From: an uncultured Actinomycetota bacterium
GTDB lineage: Bacteria > Actinomycetota > Actinomycetes > JAFAQI01
DNA: 64,000 nt
NCBI GenBank assembly: GCA_963770565.1
Contig: CAVYQE010000001.1
Coordinates: forward strand, 704,146-768,145
Direction: 5' to 3'
Both the position numbers and the translations under genes were made by a program. Position 1 is the stretch's first letter. Each line of letters starts with the position of its first letter. Below are positions 32,629 through 43,652 of the stretch, in pieces. The notes under the pieces were generated by a model. It did not search any database. It was not told where the DNA came from and saw only the letters and a program-made list of their open reading frames with translations.

Positions 32629-33609
32629 TCAGCGCGCGGTCTGCTCGGCGTAGCGCTCGCGGCAGCCCGGGTTGCAGAACCAGTAGTCGATGCCCTCGAC
32701 CCGTAGGTGCGGCGTGTCCGGGCGTACGACGACGGTCATGCCGCAGATCGGATCGATCGCCTGCTTGTTGAGGGCGGGCATCTCGGGACCCTGCGCCCTG
32801 AGACCGTCGACCCGCATCGCCTGAATGATCTGGGCGAGGATCGACAGCGCGATCTCGGCCGGGGTGTGCGCGCCGATGTCGATGCCGGCCGGGGTCTTGA
32901 TCCGGGCTCGCTCGGCCGGACCGAGGCCCATGGCTTCGAGCAGCGCGTCGCCGCGGCGGTGGCTCGCCACGACCTCGATCAGCCCGATCTGGGCATCGAG
33001 CGCCGCCCTGATCGCCTTCTCTTCGTCGTGGCCGAGGCTGCAGATGACGCTTGCGATCGCGCCTTGCGGCGACTCGTCGGGACCAGGGCGCACGACCATG
33101 AAGCTCAGCGGCCCGGCAAGCTCGGCGACCGCTTCGGCGATCGGCGTCGCACCGACGATGCTGAGGACGTCAGGCGGGAACTGAGGCTCCAAGAAGATCT
33201 CCAATGCGCCGCCGGACAGGCAGGGGTTCACGGTGACATAGGCACCGGGCGCCTCAGGGAAGGACGCCTCGCCGCCGGGCAGGACCCGAAGAAGCACGGC
33301 CTCGCCGCGGTCGAGCGCATTGAGCGCGGCCGTGCGCACTGACTCCTCGGCGCACTGGCCGCCGACGAAGCCCTCCATCGTGCCGTCGGGCAGGATCACC
33401 GCGTCGTCACCCGGTCGGGCTGACGTGGGTTGCTCAGCGCGGACGACGGTGGCGTGCACGAACGGCACGCGGAGCGCCGCCAACTCGGTCATCCGAACCG
33501 TCATCCGTTGAGCCACGATCGCGCTCCTGCTCAGGTCGACGGCCTTGGGGTAGGCATTGATCGCACCCCACGCCGCAACAGGTGTCAACGCCGGGTCGAA
33601 GCGAGCCAT
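32629..33609 (-). CDS. XdhC/CoxI-family Moco-maturation protein fused to a C-terminal YHS (TRASH-like) metal-binding domain
   Basis: XdhC_CoxI N-domain (…ATVVRAEQPTSARPGDDAVILPDGTMEGFVGGQCAEES…), XdhC Rossmann-like C-domain (IVGATPIAEAVAELA), then DPICGMTVVVRPDTPHLRVEGIDYWFCNPGCRERY, the YHS motif (DP.CGM...Y.FCS..C). The true start may be the internal ATG ~33504. Confidence 0.7.
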   Translation of the reverse strand: MARFDPALTPVAAWGAINAYPKAVDLSRSAIVAQRMTVRMTELAALRVPFVHATVVRAEQPTSARPGDDAVILPDGTMEGFVGGQCAEESVRTAALNALDRGEAVLLRVLPGGEASFPEAPGAYVTVNPCLSGGALEIFLEPQFPPDVLSIVGATPIAEAVAELAGPLSFMVVRPGPDESPQGAIASVICSLGHDEEKAIRAALDAQIGLIEVVASHRRGDALLEAMGLGPAERARIKTPAGIDIGAHTPAEIALSILAQIIQAMRVDGLRAQGPEMPALNKQAIDPICGMTVVVRPDTPHLRVEGIDYWFCNPGCRERYAEQTAR

Positions 33610-33714
33610 TCCTTACCACGCTCACGCCCCGCTGGCGGTTCGGTCGATGGGGCTCAGCGTGATGATCACCGGGCTACCCTGGAATGGAGCCAGAGTCGGC
33701 GAGAGGAGTCGGTT

Positions 33715-34029
33715 GTGCGCGAGCTGATCGACGATCTCGACCGCTGGCGGCGGCAGGGAAAGCGGGTCGCGATCGCGCGGGTCGTCGACATCGAAGGCTC
33801 CGGGCCGCGCGAGCCCGGCGCCGCGATGGCCGTGACCGAGGACGGCGTCGTTGCCGGCTCGGTCTCAGGCGGCTGCGTCGAGGGCGCGGTGGTCGAGGCG
33901 GCACTCGAGTCGTTGACGACCGGATTGCGCCGGGTCCACACCTTCGGCTACTCGGACGACGACGCGTTTGCGGTCGGCCTGACCTGTGGTGGCACGATCC
34001 ACGTTTTCGTCGAGCCGCTCGACTGGTAA
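33715..34029 (+). CDS. stand-alone XdhC_CoxI N-terminal domain protein
   Basis: …RVAIARVVDIEGSGPREPGAAMAVTEDGVVAGSVSGGCVEGAVV… is the conserved XdhC N-domain, including the SGGC motif. GAGAGGAG RBS 6 nt upstream of the GTG. 104 aa. Confidence 0.55.
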   Translation: MRELIDDLDRWRRQGKRVAIARVVDIEGSGPREPGAAMAVTEDGVVAGSVSGGCVEGAVVEAALESLTTGLRRVHTFGYSDDDAFAVGLTCGGTIHVFVEPLDW

Positions 34030-34032
34030 CGC

Positions 34033-34824
34033 GTGGCGCTTTACGACGACGTTGCCGCAGCGATGCGGGCCGAGCAGCCGGTTGCCCTTGCCACCGTGAT
34101 CGAGGGCCCCGGCGCCGGCGCGAAGCTGCTGGTCTCACCCGACAACCTGCCGGTCGGATCACTCGGTGACCCCGATCTCGACCGGGTCGTCGCGCGTGAC
34201 GCCGAGGGCGAGCTGGCTGCCGGTCTGAGCCGGGTACGCCGGTACGGTCCGCACGGCGAAGCGCGACAGGACGACGTCTCGGTGTTCATCGAGTCGTTCG
34301 TGCCGTCGCCGCAGATGATCATCTTCGGCGCGGTCGATTTCACCGCGGCACTCGTGCGGATCGCAAAGGTGCTCGGATACCGGGTGACGGTCTGCGATGC
34401 CCGCCCGGTGTTCGCGACCCGTGCACGTTTCCCGCTCGCGGACGAGATCGTCGTCGACTGGCCGAACCGGCTGCTCGAGCGAATCGGCCCGTCGTTGACC
34501 GCGCGTGATGCGATCTGCGTGCTGACCCACGACATCAAGTTCGACGTACCAGCGATTGTGGCCGGCCTTGCCACCGAGGCCGGCTACATCGGCGCGATGG
34601 GAAGCCGGCGTACCCATCAAGAGCGGATGGCGCGGCTGCGCGAGGCCGGCGTCGACGAGGCCGCGTTGTCGCGGCTGCACGCGCCGGTCGGGCTCGACCT
34701 CGGCGCGCGAACGCCGGAGGAGACGGCGGTCTCGGTGTGCGCGGAGATCATCGCGCTGCGCAACGGGCTGACCGATGTGCGTCCACTCGGCGAGACCGAA
34801 GGACCGATCCACCGCCGCGACTAG
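34033..34824 (+). CDS. XdhC/CoxI family protein (full length: N-domain + Rossmann-like C-domain)
   Basis: …VALATVIEGPGAGAKLLVSPD…, then …MIIFGAVDFTAALVRIAKVLGYRVTVCDARPVFA… GTG 3 nt after the upstream stop. Confidence 0.75.
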   Translation: MALYDDVAAAMRAEQPVALATVIEGPGAGAKLLVSPDNLPVGSLGDPDLDRVVARDAEGELAAGLSRVRRYGPHGEARQDDVSVFIESFVPSPQMIIFGAVDFTAALVRIAKVLGYRVTVCDARPVFATRARFPLADEIVVDWPNRLLERIGPSLTARDAICVLTHDIKFDVPAIVAGLATEAGYIGAMGSRRTHQERMARLREAGVDEAALSRLHAPVGLDLGARTPEETAVSVCAEIIALRNGLTDVRPLGETEGPIHRRD

Positions 34825-34832
34825 CGCGGCGC

Positions 34833-35432
34833 CTACAGCATCGTGAGCAGCATGTAGCCCATCGTCAGGTTCATCGCGACCTGGCAACACGCGACGCTGC
34901 GCGGCGCGATGATCTGCTCGGTGGTGTGCGGCTCGCTTGCCCTCCGGGAGGTTCGGTCGGTGACCATGACGGTGTAGCCGACCATGAAAGCGACCAGCAG
35001 CAGCGCGACCGTGGGGAAGCGCACGTCCGGCCCGCCGACCGAACCCATCTGGCTCATCGCAGCAGTGGTTGATGGGCCGGCCATCGCCGTGGTAGGTGCC
35101 GCGACCAGCATGTAGACCATCGCGCCGCTGGTCACGAGGTGCCGCAGATGTGGGCCGACTGCGCCACCGGGTACGCCGACCAGGCCGCGCACCATCCGGT
35201 AGCCGAACCATCCGGCCGCCATGGCGAACACGACGACCCAGGGCGCCGGGCTGACCAGCCGCGCGGTCAACATGCCGGCCATCGCGATGCCCATCGCGGT
35301 GTGGACGGCGTCGATCGAGTAGTTGGTCGATCGGTGCATGAGGCGCGCGACGATCAACCGGCTCGCGCAGTAGGCGGCCACGGTGAGCATGGCCACGGCC
35401 AAGCCGTCGCTCAGCCAGGTTGGCATCACCAT
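34833..35432 (-). CDS. DUF5134-like polytopic membrane protein
   Basis: ~199 aa and highly hydrophobic (…LAVAMLTVAAYCASRLIVARL…, …ALLLVAFMVGYTVMV…). ATG within CAATGGTGATG overlapping the upstream gene stop. Only the 3' third of the 719-aa six-frame ORF 34833..36992 is coding. Confidence 0.55.
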   Translation of the reverse strand: MVMPTWLSDGLAVAMLTVAAYCASRLIVARLMHRSTNYSIDAVHTAMGIAMAGMLTARLVSPAPWVVVFAMAAGWFGYRMVRGLVGVPGGAVGPHLRHLVTSGAMVYMLVAAPTTAMAGPSTTAAMSQMGSVGGPDVRFPTVALLLVAFMVGYTVMVTDRTSRRASEPHTTEQIIAPRSVACCQVAMNLTMGYMLLTML

Positions 35433-36418
35433 TGGCTGCCGCCCTCGTGGTGTGCGTCGCCCTTGGCCGAGAGCGGCCAGTAAGTGATGGCGATCAGGAT
35501 CAGCAGCGGGCCGGAGCCGGGGTCCGTGCTCTGCCCGCCGGCAATGCCGCCGAAGGCCTGCGCGACGACCCAGATGGCGGCGGCGAGCATCGCTGCCGCG
35601 ACCACTCCGGCGCGAACGACTGTGCGCGACCCGAAGGCCGAGATCGCGATGCCGGCGCAGGTGGTCGCGAGCGCGACTGCAATCGCGAGGCCGTGATCTG
35701 CGGCAAGGGCGGCCGCCCGGTCGTCGATCGCCGCGAGCCACGAGGGCGCGCCGCTGGCCATGCCCACCAGCAGGTCGTGGACGCCCTGTGCGGACCGGCT
35801 CGAGCCGGTGAGGGCGAGGCCGGCCAGCGCCGCCCACAACCCCAGCCAGGTCAACCGAGCGGCCGGGACGCCGATCCGCCAGGCACCGATGAAGGCCCGG
35901 TCGGCGACGTTCGAGGGCTCCTCGGCCGGGCGTAACGGCCAGACCAGGACCGCGAGGACGGCGTACAGCAGGGCCGGGCCGGGCCCGCCGGCGAGCGGTC
36001 CCGCGGTTCCGACCAGTACGCCGCCGAGCCCTTCGCCGAGCCACCAGAGTGCGAGAGCCCAGACGATCGACGCAGCGAGTGCTGCCTTGACGGTCGGCCG
36101 CCAAGCGATCGCGAGACCTAGCCCGACCTGGATCGCGGCGAAGCCGGCGTTTGCCGGCACCGGATGCTGCGCCACCAACCGGGCGACCGCGGACATCGGC
36201 GCGGCGATGGCCGACGGGTTGCCGGCCGCGGCCGGGGCGAGGACCTGGCGGGCGAGTCCGGTGGTGAACATGAACGGCTGGAGCTGCAAGATGCCGTCGA
36301 AGAGCCAAAGGCCGGCCAAGGCAAGCTGCAGGACGCGGCGCAGCTCGGCGGCCGGCAACGCGATCGCGGTGAGCCGAGCTCCTCGCGCGCGCAGTCTCGG
36401 GGACGCGGCCATGCTCAC
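35426..36418 (-). CDS. hypothetical polytopic membrane protein (330 aa)
   Basis: Many predicted TM helices (…LQLALAGLWLFDGILQL…, …AASIVWALALWWLGEGLGGVLVG…). Translationally coupled to the downstream DUF5134-like gene. Divergent from choD. Confidence 0.55.
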   Translation of the reverse strand: MSMAASPRLRARGARLTAIALPAAELRRVLQLALAGLWLFDGILQLQPFMFTTGLARQVLAPAAAGNPSAIAAPMSAVARLVAQHPVPANAGFAAIQVGLGLAIAWRPTVKAALAASIVWALALWWLGEGLGGVLVGTAGPLAGGPGPALLYAVLAVLVWPLRPAEEPSNVADRAFIGAWRIGVPAARLTWLGLWAALAGLALTGSSRSAQGVHDLLVGMASGAPSWLAAIDDRAAALAADHGLAIAVALATTCAGIAISAFGSRTVVRAGVVAAAMLAAAIWVVAQAFGGIAGGQSTDPGSGPLLILIAITYWPLSAKGDAHHEGGSQW

Positions 36419-36518
36419 GCAGAGATCTTCGCAGCCAAAACGGCTCTTGCGGCCGCTCGGCCGGATTTAGTCGGGAGCGCGCGGATCTGCGAGTGCTACC
36501 GGTGAGTAGCCTTCGGGT

Positions 36519-38210
36519 GTGGCGGACCTGGATTTCGACGTCATCGTGATCGGCAGCGGCTTCGGTGGCAGCGTTGCGGCGCTCCGGGGCGCGGAGAAGG
36601 GCTACCGGGTCGGCGTACTCGAGGCGGGCCGACGGTTCAGCAACGACACGCTGCCCGAGACGAGCTGGGCGCTCAAGGACTTCCTGTGGGCGCCGGCGCT
36701 CGGCTGGATGGGCATCCAACGGATCACCCCGCTGACCGATGTCGTCTGCCTCTCCGGGGCCGGAGTCGGCGGCGGCTCGCTGGTCTACGCGAACACCCTC
36801 TACACCCCGCTCGACGACTTCTTCGCCGACAAGCAGTGGGCGCACATCACGGACTGGAAGAGCGAGCTCGCGCCGTACTACGACCAGGCGTCGCGGATGC
36901 TCGGCGTCACCGAGAACCCGACCGAGACCGCCGCGGATGTCGAGATGCGCGCGGTCGCGGAGGAGATGGGGGTCGGCGACACCTACCACCACACGCCGGT
37001 CGGCGTCTTCTTCGGCGAGCCGGGCAAGACCGTCGACGACCCGTTCTTCGGCGGCGCCGGCCCGCAGCGGACCGGATGCATCCAGTGCGGCAACTGCATG
37101 ATCGGCTGCCGCAACAACGCGAAGAACCGGCTGGACCTCAACTACCTACACCTCGCCGAAGGTCTCGGGGCCCGAATCGTGCCGGAGACCACGGCCCAGA
37201 CCGTGCGCCCGCTCGCCTCCGGCGGGTACGCCGTCGACACCCGCCACACGACCCGACGTCGCAATCGGCAGACGTTCACGGCCGGCCAGGTGGTGTTCGC
37301 AGCCGGCACGCTCGGCACCCAAAAGCTGCTGCACCGGATGCGGGACCAGGACGTGCTGCCCAAGCTGTCGGGCCGGCTCGGCGAGCTGACCCGCACCAAC
37401 TCGGAGTCGATCCTCGGCGCCCGCAGTCGCGACCGCGACGCCGACTTCTCGACCGGGGTGGCGATCACGTCGTCGTTCCATCCGGACCCGCACACCCACA
37501 TCGAGCCGGTTCGCTACGGCAAGGGCTCGAACTCGATGGGCTTGCTGCAGTCGGTGCTCACTGACGGCGGCGAAGGTGGGCAGCGGTGGCGCAAGGCGTT
37601 GAAGGAGATCGCGAGCAACCCACGTGACTTCCTCAGGCTGATGTGGCTGCGGCACTGGTCGGAGCAGACCATCATCGTGCTCGTCATGCAGTCGCTCGAC
37701 AACTCGCTGACCGTCTCGAGGCGCCGGGGCCGCTTCGGCGAGCGGTTGGTGTCACGGCACGGCGAGGGCGAGCCGAACCCGACCTGGATCCCCGCAGGCA
37801 ACGAGGTGGCTCGCCGGTTGGCGGCTCGGATCAACGGCATCCCCGGCGGCGCGGTCGGCGACCTGGGGAACATCCCGATGACCGCGCACATCATCGGTGG
37901 TGCGCCGATCGGGATCACCGCGGAAGACGGTGTCGTCGACCCATGGCAACGGCTACATGGATACGACGGCCTGCATGTGATCGACGGCGCGGCGGTGACC
38001 GCGAACCTTGGCGTGAACCCGTCGCTGACGATCACGGCTCAGGCCGAGCGGGCGATGGCCTTCTGGCCCAATCGCGGCGACGCCGACCCTCGGCCCCCAC
38101 TCGGTTCGTCGTACGCCGAGCTCACCCCCGTGGCGCCGCACACTCCCGCCGTGCCCGACGACGCCCCCGCCGCCCTGCGCCTGCCGCTCCAGCGCACAGC
38201 GGTCTCGTAG
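36519..38210 (+). CDS. choD: GMC-family FAD oxidoreductase, cholesterol-oxidase (ChoD)-like
   Basis: FAD fingerprint DVIVIGSGFGGSVAALR..EKGYRVGVLEAGRRF and the whole N-terminal 150 aa match the ChoD pattern. C-terminal GMC motifs. The chromosomal position, between the guaB2-guaB3 pair and guaA, matches mycobacterial choD. Confidence 0.75.
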   Translation: MADLDFDVIVIGSGFGGSVAALRGAEKGYRVGVLEAGRRFSNDTLPETSWALKDFLWAPALGWMGIQRITPLTDVVCLSGAGVGGGSLVYANTLYTPLDDFFADKQWAHITDWKSELAPYYDQASRMLGVTENPTETAADVEMRAVAEEMGVGDTYHHTPVGVFFGEPGKTVDDPFFGGAGPQRTGCIQCGNCMIGCRNNAKNRLDLNYLHLAEGLGARIVPETTAQTVRPLASGGYAVDTRHTTRRRNRQTFTAGQVVFAAGTLGTQKLLHRMRDQDVLPKLSGRLGELTRTNSESILGARSRDRDADFSTGVAITSSFHPDPHTHIEPVRYGKGSNSMGLLQSVLTDGGEGGQRWRKALKEIASNPRDFLRLMWLRHWSEQTIIVLVMQSLDNSLTVSRRRGRFGERLVSRHGEGEPNPTWIPAGNEVARRLAARINGIPGGAVGDLGNIPMTAHIIGGAPIGITAEDGVVDPWQRLHGYDGLHVIDGAAVTANLGVNPSLTITAQAERAMAFWPNRGDADPRPPLGSSYAELTPVAPHTPAVPDDAPAALRLPLQRTAVS

Positions 38211-38214
38211 CACG

Positions 38215-39318
38215 TCAGGTGCGGGGGCCGAGCAGGCGGTCGAGCCAGCCCGACTTGCGGCGCGCGTCGTTGGCGCGGCCGCGGATGCCGTCGGGGAGCC
38301 GGTGGCCCGCTCGCGCGATCCGGTGCTGGAGCAGCGCGCGGAGCGTGACGTCGTCGAGCGACGGCGGCTGGCGGCGTCGGCGCGGCAGTGGCGGCTTCAT
38401 CTGGCGGTCGGCGAAGCCGGGCTTTGGGCGATCGTTCCAGTCGATTCCGGCGCCGTGCGTCGTACGCCGCTCGCGGAGCGCGGTGCCGGTCATTAGCGGC
38501 GAGCCGGTCGCGCCGAAGTCGCCGAGCGGCAAGGTGCGCTCGCAGTCGTAGGCGAAGAACGCGGCCACGGCGCGGGTCGGGGCGAGCACCCGCTGGCGTT
38601 CGGCGCCGCGGAGGTAGCCCTCCCACTCGCTGACCTGCGCGTCGTCGATCGGCCGGTCGATCTCGGTGAAACCCTCGGCCCTGGCCGGCCCACCCGAGCG
38701 GGGCTGGATCTCGTGATGGTCGAGGACCGCGTCCGACCACGGTTCGTCGAGCCAGTCGAGCAACGCCCGTGCGACCTTCTCCGGCTCTGCGACGAGGTCC
38801 TCGTAACGAAGCACGACGCATTGGTCGCCGAGGTCCATCGCCTCGAACATCAACTGGCTCGTGGAGCGAATCCAGCTCCGGCTGGCCTGGGCGTAGGTGC
38901 GCCGGAACCGGCGCCGCTGCGAGGAGATCACCGCGCCCGGATGCCGCACGATGCCGACCACCTGGCAGTCCGGGAACAGCCGCCTGGCCAGCTCGAGGTG
39001 CCAGACGTGGAACGGCGTCTTGTCGCCCCATCGCTGCTTGCCGCGCGACTCCGCGTACGACGAGAACAGCCCGCCGTAGAACTCGGCGAGGGCGGCCATC
39101 AGCGCATCGTCGGAAAGGGCCAGGTTGGCGTTCCACTGACCGCCGAGCGGCCAGAACGGCACCCAGGTGTGGGCGAGCGCGAGGCGCAGGAACCCGGTCT
39201 CGCCCGGGATCGCGATCCGCTCGTGGCTGTCGAGCATGAGCCGGAGCAACGTGCTGCCCGTTCCGTTCGCCCCGACGATGAAGATCGGGCGGTCGGATCC
39301 CGCGGCTGGCGCCGGCAT
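38215..39318 (-). CDS. sulfotransferase-family protein (PAPS-dependent, Stf-like)
   Basis: 5'-phosphosulfate-binding loop IFIVGANGTGSTLL at the N-terminus and a central 3'-phosphate-binding region (…RYEDLV…) are the sulfotransferase-fold signatures. Confidence 0.65.
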   Translation of the reverse strand: MPAPAAGSDRPIFIVGANGTGSTLLRLMLDSHERIAIPGETGFLRLALAHTWVPFWPLGGQWNANLALSDDALMAALAEFYGGLFSSYAESRGKQRWGDKTPFHVWHLELARRLFPDCQVVGIVRHPGAVISSQRRRFRRTYAQASRSWIRSTSQLMFEAMDLGDQCVVLRYEDLVAEPEKVARALLDWLDEPWSDAVLDHHEIQPRSGGPARAEGFTEIDRPIDDAQVSEWEGYLRGAERQRVLAPTRAVAAFFAYDCERTLPLGDFGATGSPLMTGTALRERRTTHGAGIDWNDRPKPGFADRQMKPPLPRRRRQPPSLDDVTLRALLQHRIARAGHRLPDGIRGRANDARRKSGWLDRLLGPRT

Positions 39319-39398
39319 CGTGCTCCCTTCGCGTCGCCTCGCATCATCCTGGACCCGGCCTCACGGCGAGGCGGCAACCGTCACATTAGGCTTGGCCG

Positions 39399-40976
<1,578 letters not shown>

Positions 40977-40999
40977 CGCCGAGCGCTCGACCTGCGATT

Positions 41000-41533
41000 T
41001 CAAGGCTGATCGGACGGGCGGCGCGGCGGTGGAAGCTCGTGGCCGAGATGGGCGTTGGCAAGGGCGCTTGCCGCCTTGCGATCCGACTCGTAGATCCGGA
41101 TGCCATGGCCAGTCTGCTTGGCCTTGCCCGGGCCGTAGACGGCGAACGGGGTCGAGACATGGATGCTCCGGGAGCCACCTTTCCAACTGCGGCTGTTCAC
41201 GACCGCAGTGACGTCGGCGAACGCGAACGCTCCAGAGCCTCGGTGGCTGGTGAAGGCCAACTGAGTGGGCGAAATGATCACCTGGTACCGACGCGTCGAG
41301 GAGACTCGTAGGACCGCGACAAATCCCAGCGCACAACAGCCGCCGAGGATGATCGCGAGCGACCACGACCGTGTGGCCGCGTGGAGCAGGACGAGCTCGA
41401 CGAGGAGTAATGGTGGCAGCAGGACACAAGAGATTCGGGCGAGAAACACGTTGCTACGACTGAATGTTTCGCGCACCAGCCCGCATTGGGCGCAGGCGCC
41501 TCCGGTCTCGACCGCTGCATCTCTTTCGCTCAT
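41000..41533 (-). CDS. small membrane protein with N-terminal Cys-x2-Cys pair and C-terminal PH-like beta-rich domain (hypothetical)
   Basis: CAQCG near the N-terminus, then a TM segment (ISCVLLPPLLLVELVLLHAA…IILGGCCALGFVAVL), then a ~90-aa soluble domain. The start is taken at the ATG giving MSERD; the ORF is open further upstream to 41638. It lies 16 nt downstream of the RNB gene. Confidence 0.4.
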   Translation of the reverse strand: MSERDAAVETGGACAQCGLVRETFSRSNVFLARISCVLLPPLLLVELVLLHAATRSWSLAIILGGCCALGFVAVLRVSSTRRYQVIISPTQLAFTSHRGSGAFAFADVTAVVNSRSWKGGSRSIHVSTPFAVYGPGKAKQTGHGIRIYESDRKAASALANAHLGHELPPPRRPSDQP

Positions 41534-41654
41534 GTCGGCCACGACCCCAAGTATTCCTGGGCTTCGCCAACCGGCAAAGTGCATCAGCATTAGGCCGCCA
41601 AGCGAACTGTTCAGCGGCTCGTACCGCGGGCGGTACATAGCGCTGCACGGTCCA

Positions 41655-43055
41655 TCAAGCGGGAGTGAAGATGATCGTGCGGGCGGCGACGTCGGCCCTC
41701 GCCAGGCGGGCGCGGATCTCCTGACCTAGTGGCAGGTTCGGGCCGTCGATCCGGGTGCGCACCGGCGGGTCGCGGAGCTGGATCTCGCCGTGGTCGTCCT
41801 CGACCTCGACCACTACTCCCTCGAAGACCTCGCCGACCCGGTCCTGCAGCAGCACGGCCTCGGCCAGGTTGACCACGGCGTGATCGACCGCGTGCGCGTG
41901 CTGGTCGGCGGTCGCCATGAGGTGCGGCAGCTCGGGCAGCCCGGCCCGGGCCCATTCCGGCACCTCGCTGCCGGCGCAGATCGCCAGGCACACCTCGGAC
42001 ACATACCGGTCGGCCAGGCGGCGCAGCGGAGCGGTTGCATGCGCGTACGGCGCTGCGACCGCGGCATGGCGGATCTGCTGTGGCCGTTCGCCGTCGAAGG
42101 CGACGTACCCGGCGCCGCGGAGCAACGACCCGGCCAGCCGCAGTAGCGCCGCCTGCGGGGGCTTGGCCGGATTGAGGCCTCGGATGAAATCGGGGTACGA
42201 CACCCCCTTTCGCCAGGTCACGCCGAGGGCCGCGGCACTGCGATGGAACGACGCAACCTTGCGATGCCACGGACGCGGCATGGTTCGAAGCAGGCCGACC
42301 TTTGCCTCCACCATCAGCTTCGCCGCCGCCATCCCGGTGAGCAGCGAGAGTTGTGCGTTCCACCCCTCAGCGGGCACCGGCGTCCGGTACTCCAGCGTCC
42401 ATCCGTCGCCGTCCCGCGCCACGTATTGCTCGGGTGCGTTCAACGAGACGCCACCGCGCTCGCGCTCGCGACGTTCCCGCAGGTCGCCAACCACGGCGAG
42501 CAGTTCGGTGGACTCTGAGTGCGTGGTCAGCAACGAGTCATAGTCCAGCTGCGCCCGGCTGCGCACGACCGCGCGTCGTACCTCGATCGACGTCGGCTCC
42601 CCCTCTCCGTCGAGGTCCAGCTGCCACAGCACGGCCGGTCGATCGCCGTCCGGTAGCAGGCTGGCCGCGCCTTCGGACAGCGAGACCGGATACAGCGGCG
42701 CGCGAGCGTCGGGCAGGTAGTCGGTCTCGCCGCGAACGCGAGCCTCGGCGGCAAGCGGCCCGTCCGGCGCGACGAAAGCTCCGACGTCGGCGATCGCGTA
42801 GTGGAAGCAATACCCGGCTCCGCGCCGGGCCAGCGCGAAGGCCTGATCCAGATCGCGCGACCCCTTCGGGTCGAGAGTGACGAGCGGTACGTCGGTGGCG
42901 TCGACCCGGCCGTCGCGCGTCCACGAGTCGCGCGCAGCGTCAGCGGCGGCGAGCACGTCCGGCGCGAACTCGACCGGCACCTTCAGCTCGGTCCGCAGCG
43001 CGCGGAGCGGCTCGGCCAGGTCCGCGCCGCGGATGTAGGTACGACGACCCATCAC
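41655..43055 (-). CDS. RNB-domain exoribonuclease (RNase II/R superfamily, short form without S1/CSD domains)
   Basis: RNB motif I (…VTLDPKGSRDLDQAFAL…) with the catalytic Asp cluster, and motif …YAHATAPLRRLADRYV… (cf. YTHFTSPIRRY.D). 466 aa. Confidence 0.75.
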   Translation of the reverse strand: MMGRRTYIRGADLAEPLRALRTELKVPVEFAPDVLAAADAARDSWTRDGRVDATDVPLVTLDPKGSRDLDQAFALARRGAGYCFHYAIADVGAFVAPDGPLAAEARVRGETDYLPDARAPLYPVSLSEGAASLLPDGDRPAVLWQLDLDGEGEPTSIEVRRAVVRSRAQLDYDSLLTTHSESTELLAVVGDLRERRERERGGVSLNAPEQYVARDGDGWTLEYRTPVPAEGWNAQLSLLTGMAAAKLMVEAKVGLLRTMPRPWHRKVASFHRSAAALGVTWRKGVSYPDFIRGLNPAKPPQAALLRLAGSLLRGAGYVAFDGERPQQIRHAAVAAPYAHATAPLRRLADRYVSEVCLAICAGSEVPEWARAGLPELPHLMATADQHAHAVDHAVVNLAEAVLLQDRVGEVFEGVVVEVEDDHGEIQLRDPPVRTRIDGPNLPLGQEIRARLARADVAARTIIFTPA

Positions 43056-43115
43056 CCGGCCCCGCCACCCAGCATCGCGTCGTGCCCTTCAACTCGGAGC
43101 CGGACGCGATCGACG

Positions 43116-43571
43116 TTAGCGCCGCCGGTTCGGCGCGGCCAGCTCCTTGACCGCCGCGACCAGCTCATGTGAGTCGAACGGCTTGCGCAAGCAGGCATCG
43201 ACGCCCGCGGGCAGCGACATGACGCCGGCCCGCCGCGGCGACTGGGTGGTGAGCACAATCGTCCGAATCGCCGTAGTCGCCGGATTCGTCCGCAAGGCGT
43301 CAGCCACCTCCCAGCCGCTCATCAAGGGCATGTCGGAGTCGAGCACGGCGACGTCGGGATGAGTGGACGTCACCATGTCGAGCGCCGCGCCGCCGCCGTC
43401 GGCCTCGAAGACCTCCAGGCCCTCGCCGGACAGCGTCGTGGCGATCACGGCGCGGATCGCCGCATCGTCATCGACGACGAGCACCCGCACCCGCCGGATC
43501 GGCTGGCCGGCGGCTACCGGCCCGGCCAACCGATCCAGCAGCCGATGGCTGCGCGGCCCTCCGGAGCGCAC
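43116..43571 (-). CDS. stand-alone response-regulator receiver (REC) domain protein
   Basis: …VRVLVVDDDAAIRAVIATTLSGEGLEVFEADGG…DVAVLDSDMP…K: the acidic pocket DD, phospho-acceptor Asp and conserved Lys are present. No output domain. GTG start. Confidence 0.7.
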   Translation of the reverse strand: MRSGGPRSHRLLDRLAGPVAAGQPIRRVRVLVVDDDAAIRAVIATTLSGEGLEVFEADGGGAALDMVTSTHPDVAVLDSDMPLMSGWEVADALRTNPATTAIRTIVLTTQSPRRAGVMSLPAGVDACLRKPFDSHELVAAVKELAAPNRRR

Positions 43572-43652
43572 GATCGTCTCAATCCTCTCGGACCCGACCG
43601 CCTGGGGCCAGCGGCGTGCTCGCCAGTGTTCGCAACCCGCGTCACACCAACG

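Noticed and set aside
34833-36992. 719-aa minus-strand ORF
   Set aside because: Only the C-terminal 199 aa (34833..35432) is a plausible hydrophobic DUF5134-like protein. The upstream 520 aa run antisense or alternate-frame through the 330-aa membrane protein gene and choD, and the translation is Arg-rich junk.
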